Origin: a virus
Strand: one strand, 5' to 3'
Virus record (IMG/VR): IMGVR_UViG_3300045973_000434
Coordinates: 1-64,000 of that record
Length of the DNA stretch: 64,000 nucleotides
Shown: positions 26,854-36,324 of the stretch, piece by piece
Numbering within the stretch: the first letter of the stretch is position 1
Layout: each line of letters starts with the position of its first letter
Translations under genes and position numbers: made by a program
Notes under the pieces: generated by a model
What the model was told of the DNA's origin: nothing
What the model saw: only the letters and a program-made list of their open reading frames with translations
Database searches by the model: none

Positions 26854-27032
26854 TGGAAATAACTAAAGAATATTTAGAAGATAAACTTAAATTGTTTATA
26901 TCTAAACAAAATGAATTAAATAAGATAATAGATGATAATATTACCTTAAGTAAAAAATTAGAAGGTGCTATTGAAGTAGTTCAAGTACTGTTAAAAGACA
27001 TTCAAATAAATACAGAAGAAAATGGCAATTAG
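26835..27032 (+). CDS. small coiled-coil protein (65 aa), possible fibre assembly factor
   Basis: It overlaps both flanking fibre genes and has a heptad-like charged sequence. Confidence 0.4.
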   Translation: MESVRLVEITKEYLEDKLKLFISKQNELNKIIDDNITLSKKLEGAIEVVQVLLKDIQINTEENGN

Positions 27033-29709
27033 GTTAAAGAAACAAAACGTAACCAATATGTATACTCCCATTGAGTTGATAACAACCAATGTGGGACAAG
27101 TTGCATATCATGGTGGAGGTGGCGGTGTTACAGACCATGGTTATTTACATGGTTTAGCGGATAACGATCACCCGCAATATCTATTGTCTAGTCGAAGTAC
27201 TCAGTTCATGCCTGCTGGTAATAGTTCTAATTATCAATTAATTGCTAATAGTTCTTTATCTTTAGGTACTGCTGCTACAGGTTCTTTCTTCTTTACATCA
27301 AATAGTTCAAATTTAATTGCACTTTCAAACAGTACTATATATGCTGTAAGCAATCATACACATACTGGTTTAGGTGGAGCAGTTAGTGATCATAGTCATG
27401 GTAGCATTAATGTTATACCTACTGCTGGAAGTCAAATGGCATTTAACTCAAATAGTAGTGGATTAACTATAAGCATGCCAGCCTTTATAACTACTTATAG
27501 TGGGGCATGGCCATTAGTTGCTCTTAATAGTGCGAGTGCAGAAGTTGACATGTATAATGGAAGTTTAAGTTTCGCTAATTCTAATGGGGTTTCCTTTGGT
27601 TTTGAAAATATAAACACAGGTACTAGACCAGGGGTGAGATTAACTGCTAGTGTAGCTGCTATAGGTGGTGCACAAACAGGTATATCAGCTATTGCAGGTA
27701 GTGCTGCTTCTAGTGTAACTAACGGTACAATAAAGTTTGCTAATTCAAACGGAGTATCTTTTGGTTTAAATGGTAGTACTATGACAGCATCTTATACTGT
27801 TCCTGGTAATACAGTGTTTAGTAATTCTAATAACATAGAGTTTGGTCTTAATGGTTCTACAGTTACAGCTTTAGCTTTATTTGCACAATCAGTACAAACA
27901 CAAAATGTAAACAATATTAGTTTAGCTGGCAATACTACAGGTACTCTTTCTCAGATTTCCTCTGGCACGGTTACTCTAGCAGGGGGTAGTAATATAACAT
28001 TATCTCAAAATGGTAATGGAATAACTATTATAGGTTCTGCCGGTGCATCTAATTCACACAATATAACACTTGCTGGTAATACAACGGGCACACTTGCTCA
28101 AGTATCTTCTGGTACTCTTACTATAGCAGGTGGTAATAATATAACCCTATCACAAAATGGCAATGCTATCACCATATCAGGAGCGAACCAGGGAGGTGTT
28201 CAGACAGGTATTAGTGCTATTGGTGGAAGTAATACTACTTATACTTCTGGCACAGTAATATGGTCTGGACAAAATAATATTACAATAGGTTCTTATGTAA
28301 GTTCTAATAGTCAATATATACGTTTAAGTGTAGGTAACTATCTTACTACAGCTGCTCAAACAGATCATGCTCATGGAGTTGGTTTAATACAATACTCTAA
28401 TATGGCTAGTGTAAGTGGTTCTAGTAATAGCGGTGGGTTCAGTTTAGGTGTAACAGGGTTCCCAACAAGTAGTTTTATTAATATATCACAGACTTCAACA
28501 TTAGCAGGAGTAGGAGCCACTATTCAAAGTACCGTTGGAACCGATATATTAGCTACACACAATAGTTTAGGACTTAATTTAGCTGTTCCTAAATACATAA
28601 CAGCGATAGGTTCTCATACACATGGTAATGTAAACCTATCTTTAACTAATCTATCTGGTACATATTCAAGTGCAAGTGATGGATTAACTCTTTCTTTAAC
28701 AGCATATCCTTCTTCAAGCTTTGCTAATGTTACAGATTTAGGAACAGTATACTTTGGTAATTCTCCAACAGTAACATTCTCTTCTTCTGTAAGTAGTAAT
28801 TCAACAACTATATTAGCTACAGCAATAGGTGGTACAGCAGGTGGAGGAGTAGCGTTAGGCTTCTCTGGTAATACAACTGGTACTACACAGACTATAGGTG
28901 CTGGAACTCTTCAATTTGTTGGTGGCAATAATATAACATTATCTCAAGCAGGTAGTATAGTAACTATATCAGCTGGTTCAAACACAGTGGCAAATAATTG
29001 GTCTACTGCAACATTATCCTCTGGTACAGTAATACAAGTATCTACTGGTGTAACTAACACATTATATTATCCTAAGTTTATAACTACTTATTCTCAAGGT
29101 ACTGGTGTAGGCACTGCTTCTGGTGTAACTAATGCGGATATTACATTCAATAGTAATGGGTTATCTTTCAATGGTACTAGATATGCAGGTACAGGATTTA
29201 CATCTACTTCACAATCAGGTTCAAATATATCAGCAACAGTTGATAGTAACGGACTTAGATTATGGGTTCCTAACTATTTAACAACACAAACATTACCATC
29301 AGCAACAATATCGTTTCAAGATGGTGGTGGCATAACATGGGGTACATCTTCTGGATCAGTAAGTAATATGACAATAGTAACTGCTACGGTTGTTGGCGGT
29401 ACTGGTGGTGGTACAAACTTCGTATTCAGTAACTCAAATAACGTATCGTTTGGTACTAGTGGTAGTACAGTAACTGCTATGGCAGGTGGGGTTAGAATGA
29501 TTCAGGTTAGTAATATACAATTATCTAATACTACAGTTAATTTCTCTAATTCTAATAACGTTTCATTTGGAGCTGTGGCTTCCAATGGGGTAGTAACAGC
29601 ATCAGCTTCATATCCAGTAGGAAGTATATTCTTTGCTGATTCAAACGGACATAGTTTCAGTTCATCGGTTAATGGAGTTTCAACAACAATTTATATTCGT
29701 ACATCTTAA
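27022..29709 (+). CDS. Ser/Thr/Gly/Asn-rich tail fibre (895 aa), paralogue of 39257..43264
   Basis: Repeated modules are GG(N/S)NITLSQ(N/A)G..(I/V)TI and F(A/S)NSN(G/N)VSFG. It has four HxH motifs (SNHTH, SDHSH, TDHAH, GSHTH). Confidence 0.7.
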   Translation: MAIRLKKQNVTNMYTPIELITTNVGQVAYHGGGGGVTDHGYLHGLADNDHPQYLLSSRSTQFMPAGNSSNYQLIANSSLSLGTAATGSFFFTSNSSNLIALSNSTIYAVSNHTHTGLGGAVSDHSHGSINVIPTAGSQMAFNSNSSGLTISMPAFITTYSGAWPLVALNSASAEVDMYNGSLSFANSNGVSFGFENINTGTRPGVRLTASVAAIGGAQTGISAIAGSAASSVTNGTIKFANSNGVSFGLNGSTMTASYTVPGNTVFSNSNNIEFGLNGSTVTALALFAQSVQTQNVNNISLAGNTTGTLSQISSGTVTLAGGSNITLSQNGNGITIIGSAGASNSHNITLAGNTTGTLAQVSSGTLTIAGGNNITLSQNGNAITISGANQGGVQTGISAIGGSNTTYTSGTVIWSGQNNITIGSYVSSNSQYIRLSVGNYLTTAAQTDHAHGVGLIQYSNMASVSGSSNSGGFSLGVTGFPTSSFINISQTSTLAGVGATIQSTVGTDILATHNSLGLNLAVPKYITAIGSHTHGNVNLSLTNLSGTYSSASDGLTLSLTAYPSSSFANVTDLGTVYFGNSPTVTFSSSVSSNSTTILATAIGGTAGGGVALGFSGNTTGTTQTIGAGTLQFVGGNNITLSQAGSIVTISAGSNTVANNWSTATLSSGTVIQVSTGVTNTLYYPKFITTYSQGTGVGTASGVTNADITFNSNGLSFNGTRYAGTGFTSTSQSGSNISATVDSNGLRLWVPNYLTTQTLPSATISFQDGGGITWGTSSGSVSNMTIVTATVVGGTGGGTNFVFSNSNNVSFGTSGSTVTAMAGGVRMIQVSNIQLSNTTVNFSNSNNVSFGAVASNGVVTASASYPVGSIFFADSNGHSFSSSVNGVSTTIYIRTS

Positions 29710-29718
29710 AAATAAAAT

Positions 29719-30441
29719 ATGAGCGCAAGTTTTGATCCTAAATTTATAAAATTCAGTACATCTAGTGCTGTTAGTTCTTTACTAACAGGTATAGTAGCAT
29801 ACTGGAAATTAAACGAATCTTCAGGTACGTTTGCATCTTCAGTAGGTACTTTTCCAGGTAGTATTTCAGGTACTGGTGTTACATATGATGCTAGTGGTAA
29901 ACTAGGTAGATGTATAACAACAGCAGGTACAGGGTATATTACAATGGGAACATCTACTACTTTAAAACCAGCAACTGCACTTTCAGTATCTGCTTGGTTT
30001 AAAACTACTAGTAGTGGTTACTTTACTATATTATCTAACTATACAGTTGGTGGTGGTTATTGGGGATATCATATGAGTATTGAACAACCAGTAACTAATT
30101 GGATTGTATCAGGTGTTATAGGTGATGGTGCTGGTACACATATTTCTACCGTAGATGGTACAACAGCAATTAATACAGGAGCTTGGTTTCATGCTGTTTT
30201 TACATCAGATGGTACTAATATAAAATTATATATTAATGGAACACAAGAAGGTGGTAATGTATCGTTTCCTTATTCGCCTTCATATGAAGCTGGTGGTGAT
30301 TTTGAAATTGGTGCTAGAGATGGTGGATCAGCACCTTTAACAGGTTCTGTAGATGAAGTTGGTTTATGGAGTAGAGCTTTAACTCAATCAGAAGTTACTG
30401 CTTTATATAATGGAGGTACAGGTATAACACATCCTTTTTAA
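29719..30441 (+). CDS. LamG / concanavalin-A-like lectin domain protein (240 aa)
   Basis: GAWFHAVFTSDGTNIKLYINGT ... GSVDEVGLWSRALTQSEVTALYNGG is a textbook Laminin_G_3-type signature. Confidence 0.7.
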   Translation: MSASFDPKFIKFSTSSAVSSLLTGIVAYWKLNESSGTFASSVGTFPGSISGTGVTYDASGKLGRCITTAGTGYITMGTSTTLKPATALSVSAWFKTTSSGYFTILSNYTVGGGYWGYHMSIEQPVTNWIVSGVIGDGAGTHISTVDGTTAINTGAWFHAVFTSDGTNIKLYINGTQEGGNVSFPYSPSYEAGGDFEIGARDGGSAPLTGSVDEVGLWSRALTQSEVTALYNGGTGITHPF

Positions 30442-30444
30442 TTA

Positions 30445-33400
30445 ATGGCACAATACTATATAAGAACGGACGGTAGCGATTCAAATACTGGGTTAGCTAA
30501 TACAGCTGGTGGAGCATGTAAAACACTTGCAAGTGTATGTGGTAAAGCTACGGCAGTAGGTGATGTTATTAATGTTGGAGTTGGTACATTTATTGAATCT
30601 CAATTATGTGTATTAAGGCCAGGTGTTAGTATTGTGGGAGCGGGGGTAACCTCTATAATCAAAAGTCATGTAGCTAATACAGATGGTGCTAATGATGGGC
30701 TAATTGAATTATATTCTTCTACTCAGAACTATGCAGGCAATCAGTCAATATCTAATATAAAGTTAGACGGAGATGCTCTACAGGGTGGTGGTGCTATATA
30801 TATCTATAGAAGAGGAAACGTATCTATTCATGACTGCACTATAGTTGATTTTAAATATTGTGGTGTTGTCTTTGATAACGAACTTAGTTGGGTTAGTCCA
30901 GGAACATTTGCTGTAAGTAATAGTCTTTATAATAATATTATAACTAACTGTCACGGTAGTGGTGGTGGTGGTAACGTAAGACTTACATCACAAGCAACCT
31001 TTTCAATGTATGGTAATACCATAGACGGTCGTACAAGAGGTATGCAGAACTCAGTAACGTTTAGTAACTGTAAGGCAATCACTATTAATAATAATACTTT
31101 TTATACTCTTGATACTAGACCATCTGGAAACTGGAACTTCTCTTTTGAAGTATGGGATAGTTGGGGTGGTATCGAATTTCATCACAATAACTTCCTTGGT
31201 GGTGGTACAATGGACTTAGGTGGACATTATACTTATAAGGGAGCGTATGCATTTGGTATAAGTGTTCATGATAATAACTTTACCATAGCATCAAGACAGC
31301 CTTATACTCCTGAGGAGTGTATTGCTATAACTTCTGAGTCATGGCAGAGACTTGAAGATGTATGGATATACAATAATAGAATAACAAACTTTGCTTCTGG
31401 TATACAGGTTACCTTTGGAGCACAAGCTGGAGGAGTAGCACAGAACTACTATATCTTCAATAATATATTTGAAGGTATGGGTTATACTGATCGTAGTGCT
31501 TATGTGATAGGTTTTGTTGATCAGAACGTTGCGGTTACTTCTTATACAAATATAAATATCATTAATAACGTAATAGTCTCTGGTGCTAATCCAGGCATAG
31601 CTATTAGATATGATGTTATGGGAAGTAACACTAATATTAATATTAAGAATAATATTGTTAGTGGTGCGTTTAGCCCAGCGGTTAGATTTGCAGTTGCAGA
31701 TTACGGTGGAACTTTTACTAATTTAGCAGTAACTAATAATATATTTTTTGGTGTTGGTGCTAATTATAGTTGGGTAGGAATTCCTTCACAAGGAACTCTT
31801 TCTCCAGTATCTGCGAGTAATCCAAACTTTGTTTCAGCAACTGACTTTCATCTTAAAGCAGGTTCTGCTGCTATAGGTTATGGAACAACTGTAGCCAATG
31901 TTACTAACGACTTAGCAGGTAATGCTTATGCTAATCCTAGATCAGTAGGGGTATATGAATATAGTGCTGTTGTTCCTGTTATCGCAACTATAACAACATC
32001 TTCAGTAACTGGTATTACTTCAACTACTGCAACTACAGGAGGTATTATATCTACAGATGGAGGAGCCATAGTTACTTCTCGTGGAATATGTTGGGCAACT
32101 ACCAGTAATCCTACTATAGCAAATAATAAAGTTATTGATCCTACGACTGGTACAGGAACATTTGTTAGTTTAATAACAGGACTTACACAATCAACTATTT
32201 ACCATGTAAGAGCCTATGCTACAAATTCAGTAGGTACCGCATATGGAGCAGATATACAATTTGTAACAACTACTCCAGTAGTATTACCAACAGTTACAAC
32301 ACAAGCAGCATCTCTTATATCTTATACAACTGCTACTGGAAACGGTAATATAACTTCAAGTGGTGGTGCTACAGTTACAGGAGGATTTTGTTGTGCTACT
32401 CATACCGTTCCTACTACTGCTGATAATTCTATTAGTGTTGTTATTGGAGCAGGAGTATATAGTGGAGGTTGGACTGGTTTACTTCCTTCTACAACATATT
32501 ATTTAAGAGCTTGGGCAACAAACTCAGCTGGTACTTCTTATGGTAATGAAGTATCATTCACTACTCTAACTCCTAGTGCTCCAACTGTAACCACAGGGGC
32601 TATATTTGCAATAACGCAAACAAGTGCAACTGTTGCTGGTACTGTAACTAATATTAATGGAGCAGCTATTACAGGAACAGGAATTTGTTGGTCTACAATA
32701 TCAGGACCTACAATAACAGGTAGTCATACTTCAGATGGAATTAGCCTTAGTTGGTCTGGTTCTCTTACTGGATTAAGTTCTAATACTCTTTACTATGTAC
32801 GTGCATATGCAACCAATAGTGCAGGAACAAGTTATGGTACTCAAATTAGTTTTACAACAACAGCTGCGTTACCAACATTAAATCTTACTTCGATTACTAG
32901 TATAACTTCAACTACAGCTAGTAGCGGTGGTAATACTTTAAATGACAATGGTTCAGTAATTACAGCAAAAGGTATATGCTGGTCAACCACTACTACTCCA
33001 ACAATTGCCACTAGTCATACAACAGATGGTTCTGGTAATAGTAACTATTCAAGTACTTTAAGTGGTTTAGTTGCTAATACGTTATACTACGTTAGGGCGT
33101 ATGCTACTAATAGCATTGGTACTGGTTATAGTTCACAATTAACATTTACTACATCTCCATCAGTTACTTATATCAGTGTTATAAAAGCACAAGTAAAGAA
33201 ATGGATGTGTGTTCCAGACGATAGAGGGCATGGAGCTTTATACAACTGGTATGTTGCTAGTTCTAGTAAAGTAGCACCCGTAGGTTGGCATGTTCCTTCA
33301 AACGCTGAATTTAATACTTTAAGAACTTTCTTTGATCCATATGGTGCTTATATAAATAACGTTGCTGGAGGTCCTTTAAAACAAATTGGAATTACACACT

Positions 33401-34368
33401 GGATGACTCCTAACACAGATGCTACAAATTCTTCTGGATTTAATGGAGTTGGAAGTGGTAGTAGGTGGTACAACGATGGCACATATAATAGTATCCATGG
33501 TTACTCATTTATGTGGGGTACTGATGTTAGATATGGTCAAGGTGTAACTGGACAGCTTGTTGCAAATAACCCTACCTTTAATACAACAGGAGGTACTAGT
33601 TATACATATGCAGATGTTAAAAATGGTTATAATATACGTTTTATAAAGGACAATTCTGTTGTAGGAGATTGTATAGATTACGATGGAAATAATTACGGAG
33701 GTGTTTTAATAGGAACACAAGTATGGACTACTAAAAATTTTAAGGGTACTCATTATAACGATGGCACAGTAATACCATTGGTAACAGATAACAATGAATG
33801 GATAGCATTAGGTGTACCTATTGATGTAACTAATGATGATAGTAATAGAATGCCGTCTAAGGCTGGAGCGACGACTACAATTAATTGGGGACAAACATTC
33901 CCATCAATAGGTAAGTCACTCACAAAAGTTATAGTTAAAGTTAATAGTGGCAATAGTAAATTAGGTTCTCCTGATTTTAATATAAGATGTTCAATATATA
34001 ATACAAGTTTAGGTATTCAGTACGCTACTACAACAATGTTGCCTACCACCAAAATAGCTGATTCTACAAATGTCATTTCAGCATCTATATGGGGAACTGA
34101 TAATCACGAGTTCTTATTTAACAGTCTTTCCTTACCAATAGGACAGTATGCTATTTATTTTACTTATGAAGATGTAGTTCTTAATGATGAGTCTAATAAT
34201 ATTGGTTTTAGTTGGGGATACAGTACATATCCGGGAGGAGAAGCTTTTTATCATTATAGTTCCTATGCTGCTGGTGTTTATAATACTCTTGGGCCAGCAT
34301 TAAATTTATATATATATTTTGAAGGAGACGGTATGTGTTATTATAACAACGATCCAACATATGCTTAA
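30445..34368 (+). CDS. tailspike-like protein (1307 aa): parallel beta-helix + 4 tandem Ig/FN3-like domains + permuted FISUMP-type domain
   Basis: The N-terminus YYIRTDGSDSNTGL...CKTLASV, plus about 11 rungs of the type NN(I/T/F)(I/F)xG, mark a PbH1 beta-helix. See the repeat feature and findings for the rest of the protein. Confidence 0.75.
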   Translation: MAQYYIRTDGSDSNTGLANTAGGACKTLASVCGKATAVGDVINVGVGTFIESQLCVLRPGVSIVGAGVTSIIKSHVANTDGANDGLIELYSSTQNYAGNQSISNIKLDGDALQGGGAIYIYRRGNVSIHDCTIVDFKYCGVVFDNELSWVSPGTFAVSNSLYNNIITNCHGSGGGGNVRLTSQATFSMYGNTIDGRTRGMQNSVTFSNCKAITINNNTFYTLDTRPSGNWNFSFEVWDSWGGIEFHHNNFLGGGTMDLGGHYTYKGAYAFGISVHDNNFTIASRQPYTPEECIAITSESWQRLEDVWIYNNRITNFASGIQVTFGAQAGGVAQNYYIFNNIFEGMGYTDRSAYVIGFVDQNVAVTSYTNINIINNVIVSGANPGIAIRYDVMGSNTNINIKNNIVSGAFSPAVRFAVADYGGTFTNLAVTNNIFFGVGANYSWVGIPSQGTLSPVSASNPNFVSATDFHLKAGSAAIGYGTTVANVTNDLAGNAYANPRSVGVYEYSAVVPVIATITTSSVTGITSTTATTGGIISTDGGAIVTSRGICWATTSNPTIANNKVIDPTTGTGTFVSLITGLTQSTIYHVRAYATNSVGTAYGADIQFVTTTPVVLPTVTTQAASLISYTTATGNGNITSSGGATVTGGFCCATHTVPTTADNSISVVIGAGVYSGGWTGLLPSTTYYLRAWATNSAGTSYGNEVSFTTLTPSAPTVTTGAIFAITQTSATVAGTVTNINGAAITGTGICWSTISGPTITGSHTSDGISLSWSGSLTGLSSNTLYYVRAYATNSAGTSYGTQISFTTTAALPTLNLTSITSITSTTASSGGNTLNDNGSVITAKGICWSTTTTPTIATSHTTDGSGNSNYSSTLSGLVANTLYYVRAYATNSIGTGYSSQLTFTTSPSVTYISVIKAQVKKWMCVPDDRGHGALYNWYVASSSKVAPVGWHVPSNAEFNTLRTFFDPYGAYINNVAGGPLKQIGITHWMTPNTDATNSSGFNGVGSGSRWYNDGTYNSIHGYSFMWGTDVRYGQGVTGQLVANNPTFNTTGGTSYTYADVKNGYNIRFIKDNSVVGDCIDYDGNNYGGVLIGTQVWTTKNFKGTHYNDGTVIPLVTDNNEWIALGVPIDVTNDDSNRMPSKAGATTTINWGQTFPSIGKSLTKVIVKVNSGNSKLGSPDFNIRCSIYNTSLGIQYATTTMLPTTKIADSTNVISASIWGTDNHEFLFNSLSLPIGQYAIYFTYEDVVLNDESNNIGFSWGYSTYPGGEAFYHYSSYAAGVYNTLGPALNLYIYFEGDGMCYYNNDPTYA
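31972..33160 (+). repeat. four tandem ~97-aa domain repeats inside the tailspike gene
   Basis: Each unit contains ...(G/K)GICW(A/S)T...PT(I/T)...LTGL...T.YYVRAYATNS.GT.YG..(I/L).F.T. The units are diverged at the DNA level. Confidence 0.7.
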
Positions 34369-34385
34369 TTATTTATCACTTTAAT

Positions 34386-34413
34386 TGTAACAAAATTGAA
34401 TTAATTTCGTATA
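34386..34413 (+). promoter_or_regulatory. promoter-like motif TGTAAC-N16-CGTATA (copy g)
   Basis: Exact match, 29 nt upstream of the ATG at 34443. It is the only copy inside the late/structural region. Confidence 0.55.
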
Positions 34414-34442
34414 ATTAAATTAAAAAAGATTATATAAAACTT

Positions 34443-35168
34443 ATGAACCCACAGATAGTGATGTTAGATCCAGCAGGTTTTCACAACAAAGATTTAGATG
34501 TGTCTGCTGATAGACTAGAGAAAAGTAAAACATATAGAGACCTGTCGACTATTATTATATGTCCGACACGGGGTCAGATACCAGCAAAGGTTGTACAGTC
34601 CTGGATGGGATTGATGAGACCTATGAATCAGAAAGTAATAGGACCGATCTTTGCAATTGGAATGGAAGTAGGACAAGCCTATAACAATGTTATAGAGAAC
34701 ATACTTGCTAATCCTGAGCTCTCTCAGTATAAATATATAATGACAATAGAAGAAGACAACATGCCTCCGGTAGATGGTTTACTTAGATTGTATGAGAGTA
34801 TGGATAAGTACGATGTAGTACAGGGGTTATACTGGACTAAAGGGGAAGGTGGACAGCCTATGATATATGGCGATCCTTCTGTAATGCCAAAGAACTTTAT
34901 ACCTCAAGTACCCAAAGCAGACCAAGTACAACAGTGCAATGGTTTAGGTATGGGTTTTAATTTGTTTAAAATGGAGATCTTTAAAGATAAAGATATTCCT
35001 AAACCTTGGTTTAAAACAGTACAGGAAGTTATACCTGGTGTTGGGGCTAGGGCTTATACACAAGATCTATACTTCTATGAGAATGCTGCTAAGGCAGGTT
35101 ATATATTCGCATGTGATAATAGAGTAAGGGTAGGACACTACGATATTAATTCAGATATAGTGTGGTAA
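34443..35168 (+). CDS. glycosyltransferase, GT-A-like (241 aa)
   Basis: IIICPTRG (Rossmann-like start), an acidic TIEEDNMPP (DxD-type position), NGLGMGFNLF, and TQDLYFYENAAKAGY...VGHYD. This is motif-level evidence. Confidence 0.5.
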   Translation: MNPQIVMLDPAGFHNKDLDVSADRLEKSKTYRDLSTIIICPTRGQIPAKVVQSWMGLMRPMNQKVIGPIFAIGMEVGQAYNNVIENILANPELSQYKYIMTIEEDNMPPVDGLLRLYESMDKYDVVQGLYWTKGEGGQPMIYGDPSVMPKNFIPQVPKADQVQQCNGLGMGFNLFKMEIFKDKDIPKPWFKTVQEVIPGVGARAYTQDLYFYENAAKAGYIFACDNRVRVGHYDINSDIVW

Positions 35169-35170
35169 TT

Positions 35171-35347
35171 ATGAAATATGAAATATTAAAAGCTAAAGAC
35201 AAAACATTTTATTTTGTACTTAAAGCAAAAAACGGTGAGATAATAATCACCTCAGAAACTTACAAGACAAAACAAGCCTGTAAAAAAGGAATTAGGTCTG
35301 TAAAAGTAAACAGTATATTCAGTAGAACTATTGACTCAACAAAGTAA
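35171..35347 (+). CDS. YegP-like (DUF1508) small protein (58 aa from ATG)
   Basis: KYEILKAKDKTFYFVLKAKNGEIIITSETYKTKQACKKGIRSVK matches the YegP repeat consensus (F.l.k....fRF.LkA.NGeii..Se.Y.sk..a..gI.sVk). The track start at 35162 is a GTG. Confidence 0.6.
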   Translation: MKYEILKAKDKTFYFVLKAKNGEIIITSETYKTKQACKKGIRSVKVNSIFSRTIDSTK

Positions 35348-35349
35348 AT

Positions 35350-36018
35350 ATGAAAAAAGGAACAGTAGAACCAAGTGCAGCTAAGATGATTAATGAGTTG
35401 AAACTTGACCTGGCGTGTGGCCAGAATAAAGCAGAAGGTTATTTCGGGATTGATATATTCCCTGGAGAGAACGTTGATGGTGTTGTGGATCTAGAACAGT
35501 TTCCATGGCCGATAGAATCAAACAGTGCTGAGGATATTGTGTGTAATCATTATATTGAACACACACCGACAGAACCATTTTCAAAAGATTTAATGTATGC
35601 TATCTTAGAATCAAATACATTAGAAGAGTTAAAAAGTAAAGTAGAAATATTAAAACTTAAACCTTCTGATGGACTTATAAGATTCATGGATGAGATATAC
35701 AGAATACTTAAACCAGGTGGTAAAGTTAAATTCGTAGCACCTTATTATAATTCAATTAGATGTTGGCAAGATCCTACTCATAAAAGAGCGATCAGCGAAG
35801 CTACCTTTCTTTATTATAATAAACAGTGGAGAGATACAAATAGGTTAAACCATTATCCTATACATTGCGACTTCGATTATACTTACGGGTATGATATGAA
35901 TGTTGAGTTTGCTAACAAACACGAAGACGCTAGAAACTATGGTGTAGCACATTACATGAATGTTATAAATGACATACATGTAGTTCTTACTAAAAGAGAA
36001 CCAGAACTTAAGAAATAA
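35350..36018 (+). CDS. class I SAM-dependent methyltransferase (222 aa)
   Basis: Motif I LDLACGQNKAEGYFGIDI, ILKPGGKVKFVAP, and DPTHKR. Confidence 0.6.
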   Translation: MKKGTVEPSAAKMINELKLDLACGQNKAEGYFGIDIFPGENVDGVVDLEQFPWPIESNSAEDIVCNHYIEHTPTEPFSKDLMYAILESNTLEELKSKVEILKLKPSDGLIRFMDEIYRILKPGGKVKFVAPYYNSIRCWQDPTHKRAISEATFLYYNKQWRDTNRLNHYPIHCDFDYTYGYDMNVEFANKHEDARNYGVAHYMNVINDIHVVLTKREPELKK

Positions 36019-36019
36019 C

Positions 36020-36322
36020 ATGAAAGCACAACAATCAGAAATAGATACTTACATAACAGACATCAGGTCGGCTATTGCCGACTTTGGTGATTCTGTTGCT
36101 ACCAAACAACGTTTAGGAAAAACAGATATAAGATGTGACAAACTAAAACTTATGTTACTATCTATTTGTCTCGATTGTCTTAGTGACTATTTTTTGCAGT
36201 ACCAAGATCCAGATGAAGTAGATCCTGATACAACAAACTTTTTCACCACATCAGAGATTCGTGATATAATGCAGCATGTTAATAATATGTGTAAAACAAA
36301 TTATATAATAGTAAATCTATAA
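36020..36322 (+). CDS. hypothetical protein (100 aa)
   Basis: ATG ORF, tightly packed. Confidence 0.5.
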   Translation: MKAQQSEIDTYITDIRSAIADFGDSVATKQRLGKTDIRCDKLKLMLLSICLDCLSDYFLQYQDPDEVDPDTTNFFTTSEIRDIMQHVNNMCKTNYIIVNL

Positions 36323-36324
36323 AC

